Of a stretch of 64,000 nt of DNA, positions 25,871 to 38,686 are shown in pieces (the stretch's first letter is position 1; each line of letters opens with the position of its first letter). A program made the translations under genes and the position numbers. Below the pieces are notes generated by a model. The model saw nothing but the letters and a program-made list of their open reading frames with translations, searched no databases and was not told the DNA's origin. The stretch lies in NCBI RefSeq assembly GCF_009914755.1, contig NC_060938.1. One strand, written 5' to 3'. The stretch comes from the human T2T-CHM13v2.0 reference genome, Homo sapiens.

Positions 25871-27092
25871 CCACGCTCGCCTTCCACTGCCTCCTCCACC
25901 ACAGGACCTCTCCCAGTTCCCAGCAGGCGGCCTCATAGAACTCGAACTCACCTGTGGGGAAGCTCGTCCATTTTCCTTTAGTCGTAGACTGCAAAGGAAA
26001 TAAAAAGCCTAGGTTAAAGTGTTCCCTGGGGCAAACTCCTGCACAAATCTTTAGCTAGCTGATTGCTTCCCCCAGCCTTCTAGAAAGATCTTAACAAGTT
26101 CTATTTATATTTAACCTAGAGAGCACCAATTCTCTCCTTCTTTGGGCTCCTGCACCCCTATCATTAGGCTATCACCACTCATACTCTGACTGTGGGCAGA
26201 GTGGTAACTGAAAAACTTTTTGCTGGTTACCCGAAAGCCTTGATAACATCGCACCATCTTTCACTGGCTGTGCGAAGAGAAAACCACTTCCTCGCTCTCC
26301 TCAACTGCTTGCATATTTAAAAGTTAATTGCCAAACCTCAGTTGTGTTGAATTAATTGCCTCTTCAGCTGACCTCTCTTCCTTTTATTCATGGCGGGAAC
26401 AAGCAAATGTAACCAGAGTCATCCCGTGCAGAAAACGTTGCTTTCTCGGGTGAGGGATGCCTCGCAGTATGGACACCATCACAGGGTGACTTGTGAAGGC
26501 CACTGCCTTGGACTCAGTCTCTGCCCACACATTTTCCTTTTCATCCTGAAGGCCTAAATTCTTCTAATGTGTCCAGGCCCAGTCCTGTAGCTAGTGGTCA
26601 TGCTTGAAAGTCATCCAGAAATAGTGCCTGAGTTGCCCTTAACAGCCATATTTTCATAGTCTTTGCTAAGCGTGGTGTCTCCCATAAATGATTCATGGGG
26701 GACTCTAAGTGCATTTTATTTTCTAATAACCATCTCTCTCTGCCAGTTCATTATAGATGAACTAAGATACGGAAGAGTGGTAAACCCTTATGAAAGATTA
26801 CCCGCTGTGTGCCCAAAATGACCACCCTGACCTTAGCAATATTAATCCCTAGCCCGATTTTGCTGAATGTGTCATATGCATCCTCAGGTCACTGGAACTA
26901 AATACACCGGTTCAGTGTATTTTTCTATCTATATTAAGCAACCCGTATGTGTGGTTTAATCATGAACGTGAATCTTTGTATCCTGGAACTCAAAGGTAAG
27001 ATGAACTGTCCAAAGATCATCTCATCCACACCCTGCCTCTCCAAAGGCACTGACTAAATCATTCCCAGCAAATTCCTGCAACCTCTTAGTTT

Positions 27093-27116
27093 AAACAAAC
27101 AAACAAACAAACAAAA
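27093..27116. repeat. (AAAC)n microsatellite
   Basis: aaac x5 followed by aaaa. Confidence 0.9.
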
Positions 27117-27584
27117 AGCTTAGCCCCAGGAATACAATGCCAAACCTTTTTCTGTAATCTATGTTGGTGCTTAGCAGGTTTTATGAAGGTCCTCATGGTG
27201 TTGTGATGGATTTCCTCCCTTTTCTTTAGGGTGAACAGAGAACAGCCCACCAAGTGAATAAGGCTGATTCACCATCAGTAAATCATGAGATGGTGCCTGT
27301 GTTTACACTTCTACTCTTCACCAAGGATCTGTTTATTTAATTGATGGCCTCTGCCTTCTTTAAAGGTTACTCTGGTATTTAGCATGGTGTTGAGAGAGCC
27401 TGAGAAGTGATAAATTATACTTACATTTACCCTTTTCCACACCACCATCATACGGTTGCAAACCCCTATGGTCTAGACTCCGCCCATTCGCGCTGCTTAA
27501 ATCACGTACCTCCACGGAAAGCCACAGGTGCCCCCACTCATTGCCAAACTCCTGATTCTGATAGGGCTTGAGCTCTTTAAAACA

Positions 27585-28325
27585 TTCATGTGAGGAGCAC
27601 TTGAAGGAACCAGGGTTGTACAGCCTAAGAAGACACTCAGGGGAACAGAATACCAGTGTTCTGATTTGCTTAGAATAACCCTGTAGTCATTTTTCTATTG
27701 CTGCAGCAACAAATGTAGTGGCTTAAAACAACACAAATTTATTATCTTTCGATTCTGAAGTTCCGAAGCCCCTAAAGTCAAGGTATCAGGAGGGCTGCAT
27801 TCCTTTCAGGCTCTAGGGAAAATCCACTTTCTTGCCTTTTCCATTTTCTAGAAGCTGCCCACATTTCTTGGCTTGTCACTCCCTTCCATCTCCAAAGTCA
27901 GATCTTTCTCACATCCCATTACCCTGATACTGACTCTTCTGCCTCCTTCTTCCATCATTTAGGAGCCCTTGTGATTATGTTGGACCCACCTGTATAATCC
28001 AGGTTAATCTTCCTATCTTAAAGTCAGCTGATTTAGCAACCTTAGTTCCACCTGCAACCTTAATTTCCCCCTCATCATGAAACATCACACGTTCTGAGGA
28101 TTAGGACATGAACATTTTTGAGGGGCCATGACTACAGCCCCTAATTGGTAGAGTTAGGGCCAGCAGACAGGAGGTACTGAAAGCCCAATTTCAGTCGAGC
28201 AAAAAAAGTTCAGGAAATGAAGAACTTGTTAATAGAGCTGCCCAGAGGAAGAATTGACTGCCTTTGAAGATACTTAATCCCTAATTCTTAGAGGGTTTCA
28301 GGCACAGGTCAAAGAGCCACTTCAT
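27585..28325 (+). mobile_element. L3/CR1 3' fragment split by an MLT1 LTR
   Basis: catgtgaggagcacttgaaggaaccagggttgtacagccta; aatagagctgcc...gagggtttcaggcacagg. Confidence 0.55.
27682..28136 (-). mobile_element. MaLR solo LTR (MLT1D-like)
   Basis: agtggcttaaaacaacacaaatttattatc, aagtcagctgatttagcaacctt, ggattaggacatg. Confidence 0.85.
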
Positions 28326-28464
28326 CATAACTAAGTGGTTACTACATGCCAAACACTCTGATAAGCACTCATCGTATCTTACATCTTCAGCTTCATGAGA
28401 GTCCTGTTAAACAGAAGTTATTATTTTACAGAGGATAAACAGGATGCTCAGAGAGGCTCAGGTG

Positions 28465-29000
<536 letters not shown>

Positions 29001-29221
29001 CACTGTAATTCAGCCTAGTAGGGTGTAGTGGACTCCTTGGGCATTTGCCCAGCACCTGGAAACCCCCAGGAGCCAGGGCTGTGGGCCTCAGGCAGCCACG
29101 TTTCTCCTACGTGTCCCTGACCTCTCGGCCATGACTGGTTGGACCAGACATAAATCTTTTCATTCAAGCTGAATTAATAGATGTTTTGTCCATGTAATTT
29201 GGAATCAGGCTCCTGACAGAC

Positions 29222-29352
29222 GTTTTTAAATTGACACATAATAATTGTCCATATTTATGGGTTATATAGTGAGAAGCTTTGATACCTACGATGTACAGTG
29301 ATTAGATCAGGGTAATCCATCATCTCAAACATTCATCATTTCTTTGTGCTGG
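29222..29352 (-). mobile_element. L1MA 3' end fragment
   Basis: aattgacacataataattgtccatatttatggg...atctcaaacattcatcatttctttgtg. Confidence 0.8.
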
Positions 29353-30110
29353 GCCCTGACGGACATCGGACTCAGTCTTTGTGTGTTATTTTTCCTGGAC
29401 TTGGGTGCCGTGGGACATTCATTTTTCACTATGTGCACCGAGGAGCAGAGAAAAATCAGCCCCCAGAGAGAGAGGATGGAGGCGGTTGCCCAGAAAGGAG
29501 CTGAGAAGAGAGATGGAGGGAGCCGGCAGCTCTCCACACCCTCCTTTCCTCCCCTCCTGAACCCACCCCATTCCCACTCAAGGGTGTTGAGACACCCTGT
29601 GCCCTCCTAAAATGGCCCACTTTCAATTTCGTGGCCTTGAGTGGGTGTCTGTTATTTACAACAAAAATCCCCAGTGCACAGGTGTTCACAAACATTTGCA
29701 GACCAACGGAGCTGGAAGGGACCGGCAACCCCTCTCTTCTTTTGCCCCTCAGGGGCATTGTGGGGAGAAGTTAGGGGGCTCTTCCAGATAACACTGAACC
29801 ATGACAGGCCAGGGCCAGCACCTAGAACCTCCTGGCTGCCGGAGTTGAGCTCTGCCCTCCACCCCTGGCTGTCTCTAAATCTGATTCTTCAGCTCTATTT
29901 CCAAGAGTTTGAGAGGTTGACATGACTGAAAGGGGGAGTGGAATTGGGGACTAGGAAGGGTCCCAGGGTCTTGGAAAGATTTCAAAGGAATTTTCTCATT
30001 GAGAGACCAAAAAGCCCATTCAAGAGGCTAATTTTGATGCAAGATCTGGAGCTCTTCCAGCAGCACCTGGATCTGCCTGAATGATGCAGGGAGAGAGAAG
30101 CCAGGCATCC

Positions 30111-30132
30111 ATTTGCATATATGCAAACAAGG
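30111..30132. promoter_or_regulatory. Palindromic POU/octamer element
   Basis: ATTTGCAT (perfect octamer on minus) + AT + ATGCAAAC; TTTGCATATATGCAAA is a perfect 16-bp palindrome. Confidence 0.45.
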
Positions 30133-30536
30133 CCTTCCACAGCTGTCCAGAAGCCACCTCTGCTCAAAGCGCCCCACTCGGCGGCTGGGGACCACTTTCA
30201 TCTGTCTGCGCAGCCTCGGAAGACAGAGAGACAGGCTTGCCACAGCTTCCCACCAAGCTGACAAGGGCACAGGAGTCATCCCAACACCCAAGGGCTGGAG
30301 GAGCAAAGAGCTTACACCTCCCCAAAGCTCTGGCAGGAGCAGGCAGCCAGATCTGTGGTCCAGGGTTCTCTTTGGGAGGTCTTCTCTGTGCTATGCCAGC
30401 AGGAGAGCCACCACCCTTCTAGGGGGCTTTCTATGTCTCCCTATTCCTGGCCCATTCCTTCTCCCCTTCTAGGACTTCGGTCTCCTCTTCCCTTAGACTG
30501 AGCCCATTCTGGGGAGAAGGAAGAGACCAGGCAATC

Positions 30537-30714
30537 GGTCTGGGCACTGGGAGACCCGGCGCAGCCACAGGATTCTCTATTACCCTAAACAAGTTTGGTC
30601 TGGGCATTGGGAGACCCAGTGCAGCCACGGGATTCTCTATTACCCTAAACAAGCTTGGTCTGGGCATTGGGAGACCCGGCGCAGCCACGGGATTCTCTAT
30701 TACCCTAAGCAAGC
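30537..30714. repeat. 60-bp minisatellite, about 3 copies
   Basis: Unit ggtctgggca(c/t)tgggagacc(cggc/cagt)gcagccac(a/g)ggattctctattaccctaaacaag(t/c)tt repeats with exact 60-bp period. Confidence 0.97.
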
Positions 30715-30759
30715 CTCCACCTCAGTTCTCCTCTCCCATAAAATTCAGGGGAGGGGAAA

Positions 30760-30949
30760 GGAGGGCTAGAATTCATACTTTTAGCCAAGAAACTCTTTCC
30801 CCAACAAAATTTTAGATGGAACACTACTCAGTAAAAGTGGTGCTGCTCTGGTGGGAACAGCACTGGGTGGGTGTCATCAGCCCCTTGCCCCATCCCGTTC
30901 ATCGCATGGTGCCCCTGAGGCTCATCACAGCACATTGTGAAAACCACTG
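30760..30949 (-). mobile_element. MER102-like hAT fragment
   Basis: gcccctgaggc...tgaaaaccactg terminus. Confidence 0.45.
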
Positions 30950-30959
30950 AGCTTACTGA

Positions 30960-31348
<389 letters not shown>

Positions 31349-32139
31349 AGAGTCTGCAATTTCAAAACCAGTCACAGCCCCTGATGAGAGCAGGGAGCAG
31401 GGAGATAGTGGGGCTGAGGAGGAACTGATAAGATTTTAGTGGTAAGCCCTGAGACCAGCCTCCGAGTCCTGTGGGCTCACACAGGCCTCGGGTTCATGTT
31501 CCTGGAACGGCTCTCGGGAAAATTCTGGCAGAAGCCTCAGCTTCCATCCACACCTGTCCTGGCCCCAAGGCCTCAGGGGGACTTCCAGAGCCAGGAGAGC
31601 TCCCCTCTGACGGCAGGGAGGGAGGGCCTGCCCCTCCGGTGGGCCCTGGGCCTCCCTCTCTGCCTGTGGTTGTCATTGTGTCATTGTGTGCTTCTCCTTC
31701 CCTGTCCTTCCCCCCTCCCTTCTTCTCCTCCTTTCTTTCCCCTGCCACACATACACACACAGAGAGAGTCAACTTGTTACTGCCTTCACTCTCTCCCCCT
31801 CTGCCCAGCCCAGCCCCATGGACCCTGGGAAAGTACACGAACAATACCTGGGGAAGGGGATCAGGTATCCTGGCCAGGCACTGGCCTCTACAAAACACAC
31901 AGATGGCTGCTCCCCAGGCGATTCTGGGCTTTCCTTTCTTGCCCTCCTCCCTCCCTCCCTCCCTCCTCTCTGTCCCCAGCGCTAGGCCAGCTCCCAGCAC
32001 CCCTACTTCCCTGACGAACATCCTTCTCCTTCCATTTGCCCAGGATGGCAGTGAACTAGCCTGGGACACAGGAAGTCACGCCCCCTCTCTAGGCCTCAGT
32101 TTCCTCTTCTGGAAAATGAAGGGTTGCACGATAAGAGGC

Positions 32140-32265
32140 ATTTAAGCTTTGGGGGTGTCATAGATCTCTTTGAGAATCTGAAGGAAGCCAGGCAGACACA
32201 CACACACACACACACACACACAATTTTACAGACAAATTCAAGGAGCCCTGAAGCCCAGCCATGGT
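32140..32265. mobile_element. MER103C-like hAT fragment containing a (CA)n run
   Basis: ctttgagaatctga...cacaattttacagacaaattcaagg...ccctgaagccc; CA run at about 32196-32222. Confidence 0.6.
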
Positions 32266-32572
32266 CTAGAGAAAGGCTACCCAGGGATCTTGTCCATGTT
32301 CATGTTCTCAGTCTGGACCCCTGCCGGGCTCCTCCACACCATACCAGCTGCACTTCCTCATTCCCTGGGCCGGAGACACCAAGGGAGTCACAGGAGGGCC
32401 AGCCAGGCCAAGCGGCCACCAGCACTGGCCATCCCAGCTTCCCAGCCTCTCCCCTGCCGCATCCCCACCACCAGCATAGGGTCCCTACTCCCCGCACAGC
32501 TCCCTGCACCTCCCACTTGACTGTAGCCCTCCCCTGGCTGCTGCAGCTGCGGGAAAGAGGCAAAGATGAAGT

Positions 32573-32720
32573 GGGGGAAGGAAAGGAGGAGGAGGAGGAG
32601 CAGGGAGAGGAAGAGGAGGAGGAGGGGGGAGAGGAGGAGGAGGAGGGGGAGGAGGAAGAGGAGGAGAAGGGGGAAGAGGAGGAGGAGGGGGAGGAGGAGG
32701 AAGAAGGGGAGGAAAGGGAA
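32573..32720. repeat. (GGA)n-type polypurine tract
   Basis: About 148 bp of purines with a single C. Confidence 0.95.
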
Positions 32721-33124
32721 TAGGTCCCTCAGTAGACGAGGTACAGACCAAAGGGGCTGCAGCCTCTAGCCCTTCATCCTAACCCGAAAGGGGGCTCAGC
32801 CAGTCCCAGGAGGTATGGTCTACAGAGCACTCACTCACACACCCTTAGCATTAACCTTGGCCCAGCCTGGCCAGCCTCCCACCATCATAGCCAGCAGCAG
32901 GATCTAAGCGACAGAGCCTGCTCTGAAAGCCAGGGACCTCCTTCACCACCCCCACCCCCGAATCTAACCCACTCAGCACAGCTCCCAACCCTCCCCTGCT
33001 CAGGACCCTTCGTGGTGCCCCTGTCACTTCCAGCAGAAACTGCTGCCTCTCCCACTCAAGGTGCTCCAGGTCGGACCTCAGCCCCAGGCACTCCTGCCTC
33101 TTCTTCTAAAACTTTCCTGAGGAA

Positions 33125-33369
33125 ATAAGTTCTGCTGTTCTATTGCACAGGAGGGTGACTATAGTTAACAATAACGTATTGTGTATTTCAAAAGAGCTAG
33201 AGGAGAAGATTTTGAATGTTCTTAGCACAAAGAAATGATAAATGTTTGAGGTGATGCATTTGCTAATTATCCATGTCAGTCATTACACAACACATACAGG
33301 TATCAAAACATCACACTGTATCCCGTAAATATGTACAATTATTGTGTGTCAATTAAAAATAAAATAAAA
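33125..33369 (+). mobile_element. L1MA-type 3' end
   Basis: agggtgactatagttaacaataa...cacaaagaaatgataaatgtttgaggtgatg...gtcaattaaaaataaaataaaa. Confidence 0.9.
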
Positions 33370-33619
33370 CTCTCCTCCATACTGGCCAGCCTAGACTACT
33401 AGCCACATTTTCTTGTCTCCACATAGGTGCCTGACATAATCTCTTTCTTCCTCCCCGCCAACAACCTAAGGTTCAAATTAGCTCAAATGCCACCTCCTCT
33501 CTGAAACCTTCCTAGCTTTCTCTCCAGTTGGAAGCACCCTCCCCTCTGAACTCTCATAGCACAGTGTCTGGGGGCGCTTGTGGCCTTTGCCACATTCTCC
33601 TCAATTTCCACAGGTAAAC

Positions 33620-34160
33620 TTCATAATCCGAGATGATACTGCTATTACTGGGAGCCTGTTGTGTACCAGATACGGGGCCAAGGGCTTTACCCGCATTGCC
33701 TCGTTGAATCTTCCCACAAAGGCAAGATAGAAGATGGCTATAATTCCCTCCATTAAGAGAAAAGGAAAAACAGACAAAGCCACATTTCTCTGACTCCCAA
33801 GCCAGGGTACTTTCCTCGGCCCTGTTCTGCCACCTAAGTTTCTTGAGGAAACTTACGTCTTAAGGGTAGGAACTTGTTAACCTTTTATTCTAGGATCAAG
33901 TTTTTGTTGCCATATCAGTGATTACATGGTCGACGAGAGGATGGTAGGAGAAGGATGAGAGAGGAAGAACCATACATGCTAGGTACTATACACATGTGAC
34001 TGTGTTTAATCCTCACGGCAACCCTACAAAGTAGGTGTCATTCTCCCCATTTCTCAGACGAGGAAATTGAGGCTCATGGAGGTTATGTAACATGGCCGCC
34101 ACAGGTCATCCAGCCTGTGAGTGGCATTGCCAGCCTTCTCTCAAGGGTTCTCAGGCCCCA
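33620..34160 (-). mobile_element. Two MIR fragments
   Basis: tttaatcctcacggcaaccct...cccatttctcagacgaggaaattgaggctca; second copy at 33630-33810. Confidence 0.7.
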
Positions 34161-34264
34161 AAGCCACCCTCCACCGGCCGACTCACAGTGCGCACCGAGG
34201 CAAGGGTGAGCTCTCCTGGTGCCTCTCTCCAGTTGGCAAACGGATCACCGAAGGTTAGAGCCCA

Positions 34265-34885
34265 GTGACTTTTGTAATTAAAAGTATTTTCTTTCCTGAC
34301 TTCCATTATGTAATTGGAAATGTATTCCCAAGGGCAATAATTTTGGCCTCAAGACATAATTAAAAGCATACAGGAGTGCAATGTATATTTTTAAACGGCA
34401 TAACTAGAGGAAAGCTAATGATTTTATGGCACAACTGAAGGATCACCCCAGAAGCTGCGTTCCATTCCCCTCCAAAGCTAGATCCACGTTGAGAAAGGCA
34501 GTCCTTGATTCTAGTCCCTTAAAATCAAAGGATATCAGAACAAGGATCACTGAGGAAGATAAAGAAAAAGAAAAAAGAAAAAAATCAAAAAAGAAACTAA
34601 ACAAAGTCAAAGGATATTTATAAACCACCAGTTTTAAGCCCTGGGCTTTTAGGTGTTGTTTGTAAATAGTTTTAATCTGTGAATGCCTGTTTAGGGACTA
34701 AATCTAATAATGTATTTTTTTCAGGGCCCTTTATGAGCTCTTTAAGAAGAAAGTTGGCCATTTTGCCCCAGAGAAACATGGAGATCATTTTCATAATTTA
34801 TTATTTCTTTAAGTGCATAGTGGATTTCCTTTAAGAGGAACACAGGGTGGCCCACTTAGAATAAATCATGATTAATAATGCAGCA
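34265..34885. promoter_or_regulatory. Candidate developmental enhancer (homeodomain/Hox-Cdx, T-box, FOX motifs)
   Basis: TAATTA x2, TAATTG, TGATTTTATGG, AGGTGTT, TGTAAATA, TTTATGA, TTAAGTG in non-repeat sequence. Confidence 0.45.
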
Positions 34886-37800
34886 AGACTTGAAGGATTT
34901 GGGTTTTAAGTGGGCTGTAGTAACCCAACAACAGATGGGTAAAGGCCTAGGGGCCCAGTCCATTCTTAGCCAACAGAACTGCCTTCCTCCCACAGGCGCC
35001 AGGGGAGGAGATCTGCTTCTGATTCTGCCAGGGCCATGCCCCAGAGGGAGAAATATCCATGCCTATGAGGCAAACTGTGCTCCACTCCCCACACCACTGG
35101 ATTTCCTCTTATCCACTCAGTCACCCATTCACACACTCAATCATTCATTCAAGGATCCCTGTATTCATCCACCCATTCTGTTGTTGAATATGATCCAGGC
35201 AGTTGGCATTCAACAGTGAACAAGACACAGTGCGTGCCCTCAAAGAGCTAGTCTGATCAGGGAGGCTCTCAAGAAAGCTGACAACGAGCAGGGAGCATCA
35301 GGTGCTATATGACAGGGATAGGTAAAACATAGATAGAGGTTGGAGCCTCAGAAATGTTTGTAGGTGGAGAACGAGTATGTATGCAAGAGAGTTCCTGCTT
35401 GGGTGGTTGGGGTGGCATTCTGGAGATTCCAGACAAGAGATCTCCATTCAACCACATTGACAAAAGCAAAAAGATAAGGTTAGAGTGGTTCGTTGTGAGA
35501 AATGAGGGAGTGCCTTGTGGGAAATGAGGAATGTAAGAAAACACATAAAAAGGAATCAGACAGAAGTTTAAGGAGTTATCTTTCTGGACACTGCATAGAG
35601 GATGGGAGAGAGAGTAATAGTATAGTTTAACAGGATCCAAGAGAGTATAGTTTAACGGGATCCAAGCCCACACATCAAACAAAGTGGAAGACTAGTTGCT
35701 GGAAGATCTCAGGCTCTTTTCTCACAGGTTAAAGACTCTGAGCCCCCGACATTGGCTCTTAGCTTCAGAAAATGGCCCTCTGTGTGTCATGTGGCAACTA
35801 GGCTCCATGGAAGAGTTTGCCCTAGATCTGAGGTACAGCCTGGGTTGCAGTGTTTAAGACACAGGTCCCAGACAACCTCAGCCCAGCATCCCTAGAATAA
35901 ACGGAGGCGGGTTTGTTCAAATTGCCCTCTCCACTTGGAAAGCCCATCCCCAATCCCAAATCACTGCTGTCAAAGTCTTATACATTCTTCAAGGTTCTGC
36001 TCCAATGCACCTCCTCATGAAGGCCTTCTACAGATGATCTCCCTTCCTGTGTGCCTATGGGACCACATATCTGTGGTTCCATCCTGAGTTAAAGGCAACA
36101 ATGTACATGCTATACCTCTCAGTTGGCCCGTTGCTTCCACTGGGAAGTTCTAAAGTTGCTGTCAAGTTTTATCCTCCAAGTCTGTAGCCACATGAGACGG
36201 TGAGTTGTGTCCATCAAAATGGCTTGGATGACCGCTCTGAACATGCACCTCTGTGGACACAGATGACCCAGGGGTTTGAGGAAAGCAGAAAGGGGAGAGA
36301 ATAAGAGGGTCTGGGTGCTGGTACGACCCTCCTTAGCTCCTCCCAGCCCCCAGGGAGGCTCTCTGGAATTGTGTTTTCCCTCTCTGTTTTGGGTTGAGCC
36401 TGTGTTTAGTCCCTGGCGGGGATGGCATTATTTTCCTCAAGGTTTCAAGGGGGTTGGAGAGCGTTTCATATTTCTCTGTTTGGCAAATAGTCAGTCCCCT
36501 GCCTCCCCTCCCAGGAATCAGGAATCCCAGAAATTAAAGCCAGAGGGACTCGGGTTTCTTTCTGAGCGGGGCCACTGCAACAGATGCCAGTTGGGCCCAG
36601 GAAATAGCCAGGAGGTGGGGAGCACCAGGTCTTGGGTTTTCTGGGAGGCAAGGGAGGGTACAGCCATGGATAAAATGCCGTGGCACTGTAGAGGGCAGGT
36701 TTGGGCTCCCTGTCTGGAGCAGAATAATCTTTCTTTCAAAGCTGAGTTGGAGTGAGCAAGGACCAGAGGCAGCCATTCCACTCCATGCTGTGGGCACGTT
36801 TCTCTCTGGGTAAAGGGGAGACAGAGCTTTCCATGCTGGAGAAGGGGATGGGAAGGCGCAAATCCCAGCGAAGGGAAGCAGGCCCAGCCCAGATGCCAGC
36901 AGAGAGGGAGCAGGAGCAGGAGGAGGGGATGGGAATGAGCCAGGCTTCAGCACAGAGGCTTGGAGATGGCAGGCGGGCGCTTGCACGCAGAGGAGAGCTG
37001 ACACCTGGATCTCAGCTTGCTTCCCCCGGAGAACACTTTAATGAGGCTCACAGCTGTAATATCACAGAACGAGCATTAACAATGCTAATTACCTGAAGTT
37101 TAGCCCGAACATTCCTAACCCACCCACCTTGGGGACACACTGTTGTTCTGGCCCTGCTAAAAGCGCTGATGGTTCAAAACACGGGCTGAGGCTTACGACG
37201 CAGATGTGACAGCAGAACACCAAGACAGGCCGGGCTGGGGACAGGTAGGGTAGTGTGTGCTGCAGGCTGCAGGGATGCCCAGGAATGGACAGAGTGGACC
37301 CTCCTGGTCATGATACCAATGTCCCTCTGCTCTTCTTAAGAGTAACCCAAGGGAGAAGCCCCAAGTGGAGATCAGACCCCCTTGGCAAAAGCCGGGAATG
37401 GGCTACATCCATTTGTGCATGGCAGAGGGTCATGGGACCGAGGTGACCTCCCATCATCACTCTGCACAACCTCAGAGGACACCCCTGTGCCCTTCCCACC
37501 ATCTAGCCCCAAAGATGGTTTCAAACTGTTGCGTGTTTTTTGAAGCAGCAGAACCACCAATAGAAGACACAGATCAAATCGGAGCTGTGCTGGTCACTGG
37601 TTTGAGTTGAAAGTTGGGGCTCAAGGCTCAAGGACTTTCCTTCCACCCTTGTCCCCCGAGACCTCTGGGCATCCCCAAATCACTCCCAGAATCCTAGGCC
37701 TCTGCAAAGTCTGCTTGGAAAACCACTATTCTAGAACAATGTAAACCTCTGGCCTCATCGTGTCTGGTATTAAACCATGCCATTCCAAGGCACTGCATGG

Positions 37801-38279
37801 AAACACACTTTGCCAGACACCCCAGAAGGCCCCTGACTCAGGCCAACTCTGGGGGCTGGAAGACAGGCATGATCTTTTGGTGCATGTATACCTCGATCTG
37901 CATGGCCCCTTCCCCAAACCCGCTAAGTCTAGGGCTGACTTTATAGAAACTCATGCCTGTATCTATAAAGTCAAATGTCACCCAGCCAGATAAGACAAGA
38001 TCTAGAACTTCTGATTCCTCTCTCAGTAGCCTTTCTGCCAACCCAGGGAGGGGAAACCATATTATATCTCTATCGCAACCCCACCCCTTAGACTCCCACT
38101 ACTGCCGGGTGTTGAGCCACTCATCAACATCTTATCCCACTGGTCCCTTCTTCCTAGGTCTCGCCACCTCACTCCACCACCATTCCAAGCCTTTTCCTCT
38201 CCCCAGGGAAAAAGCAGAGGAAGGCCGTTCTGCTCTGCGTTTGCTTGAACATAACTTGGATCCTTCCACTTTTCCCCGC

Positions 38280-38686
38280 TGATAGTTTGGATGTGTGTTC
38301 CCACCAAATTCCGTGTTGAAATGTGATCCCCAGTGTTGGAGGTGGGGCCTAGTGGGAAGTGTTTGGGTCGTGGGGGTGGATCCCTCATGAACAGCTTTGT
38401 GCCCTCCCAGCGGTAGGTAATGACTGAGTTCTTGTTCTATTGGTTCACACTAGAACTGATTGTTAAAAAGAGTCTAGGACCTCCCCCTCTCTGTCTCACT
38501 CCTTCCCTCACCATGTGACACACCTGCTCCTCCTCAATTGAAAGCTTCCTGAGGTCCTTACAAGAAGCAGATGTTGGTGCCATGCTTCTTGTATAGCCTG
38601 CAGAGCCATGAGCCAAATAATCCTCTTTTCTTTACAAATTACCCATCCTCAGGCATATCCTTTAGTAACACAAAATGGACTAACAC
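38280..38686 (+). mobile_element. MaLR solo LTR (MSTB-like)
   Basis: tgatagtttggatgtgtgttcccaccaaa...gaaatgtgatccccagtgttggaggtgggg...aaatggactaaca. Confidence 0.9.

Noticed and set aside
30431-30714. Repeat as a CRISPR array or repeat protein (RVIENPVAA x3)
   Set aside because: Head-to-tail units without unique spacers, eukaryotic context, no cas genes; the period is simply a multiple of 3
31439-32145. Three overlapping about-200-aa ORFs
   Set aside because: GC-rich, low-complexity sequence open in several frames and on both strands; no domain or splice context
32124-32769. Poly-Glu, poly-Pro and poly-Arg ORFs
   Set aside because: Artefacts of the stop-free (GGA)n tract
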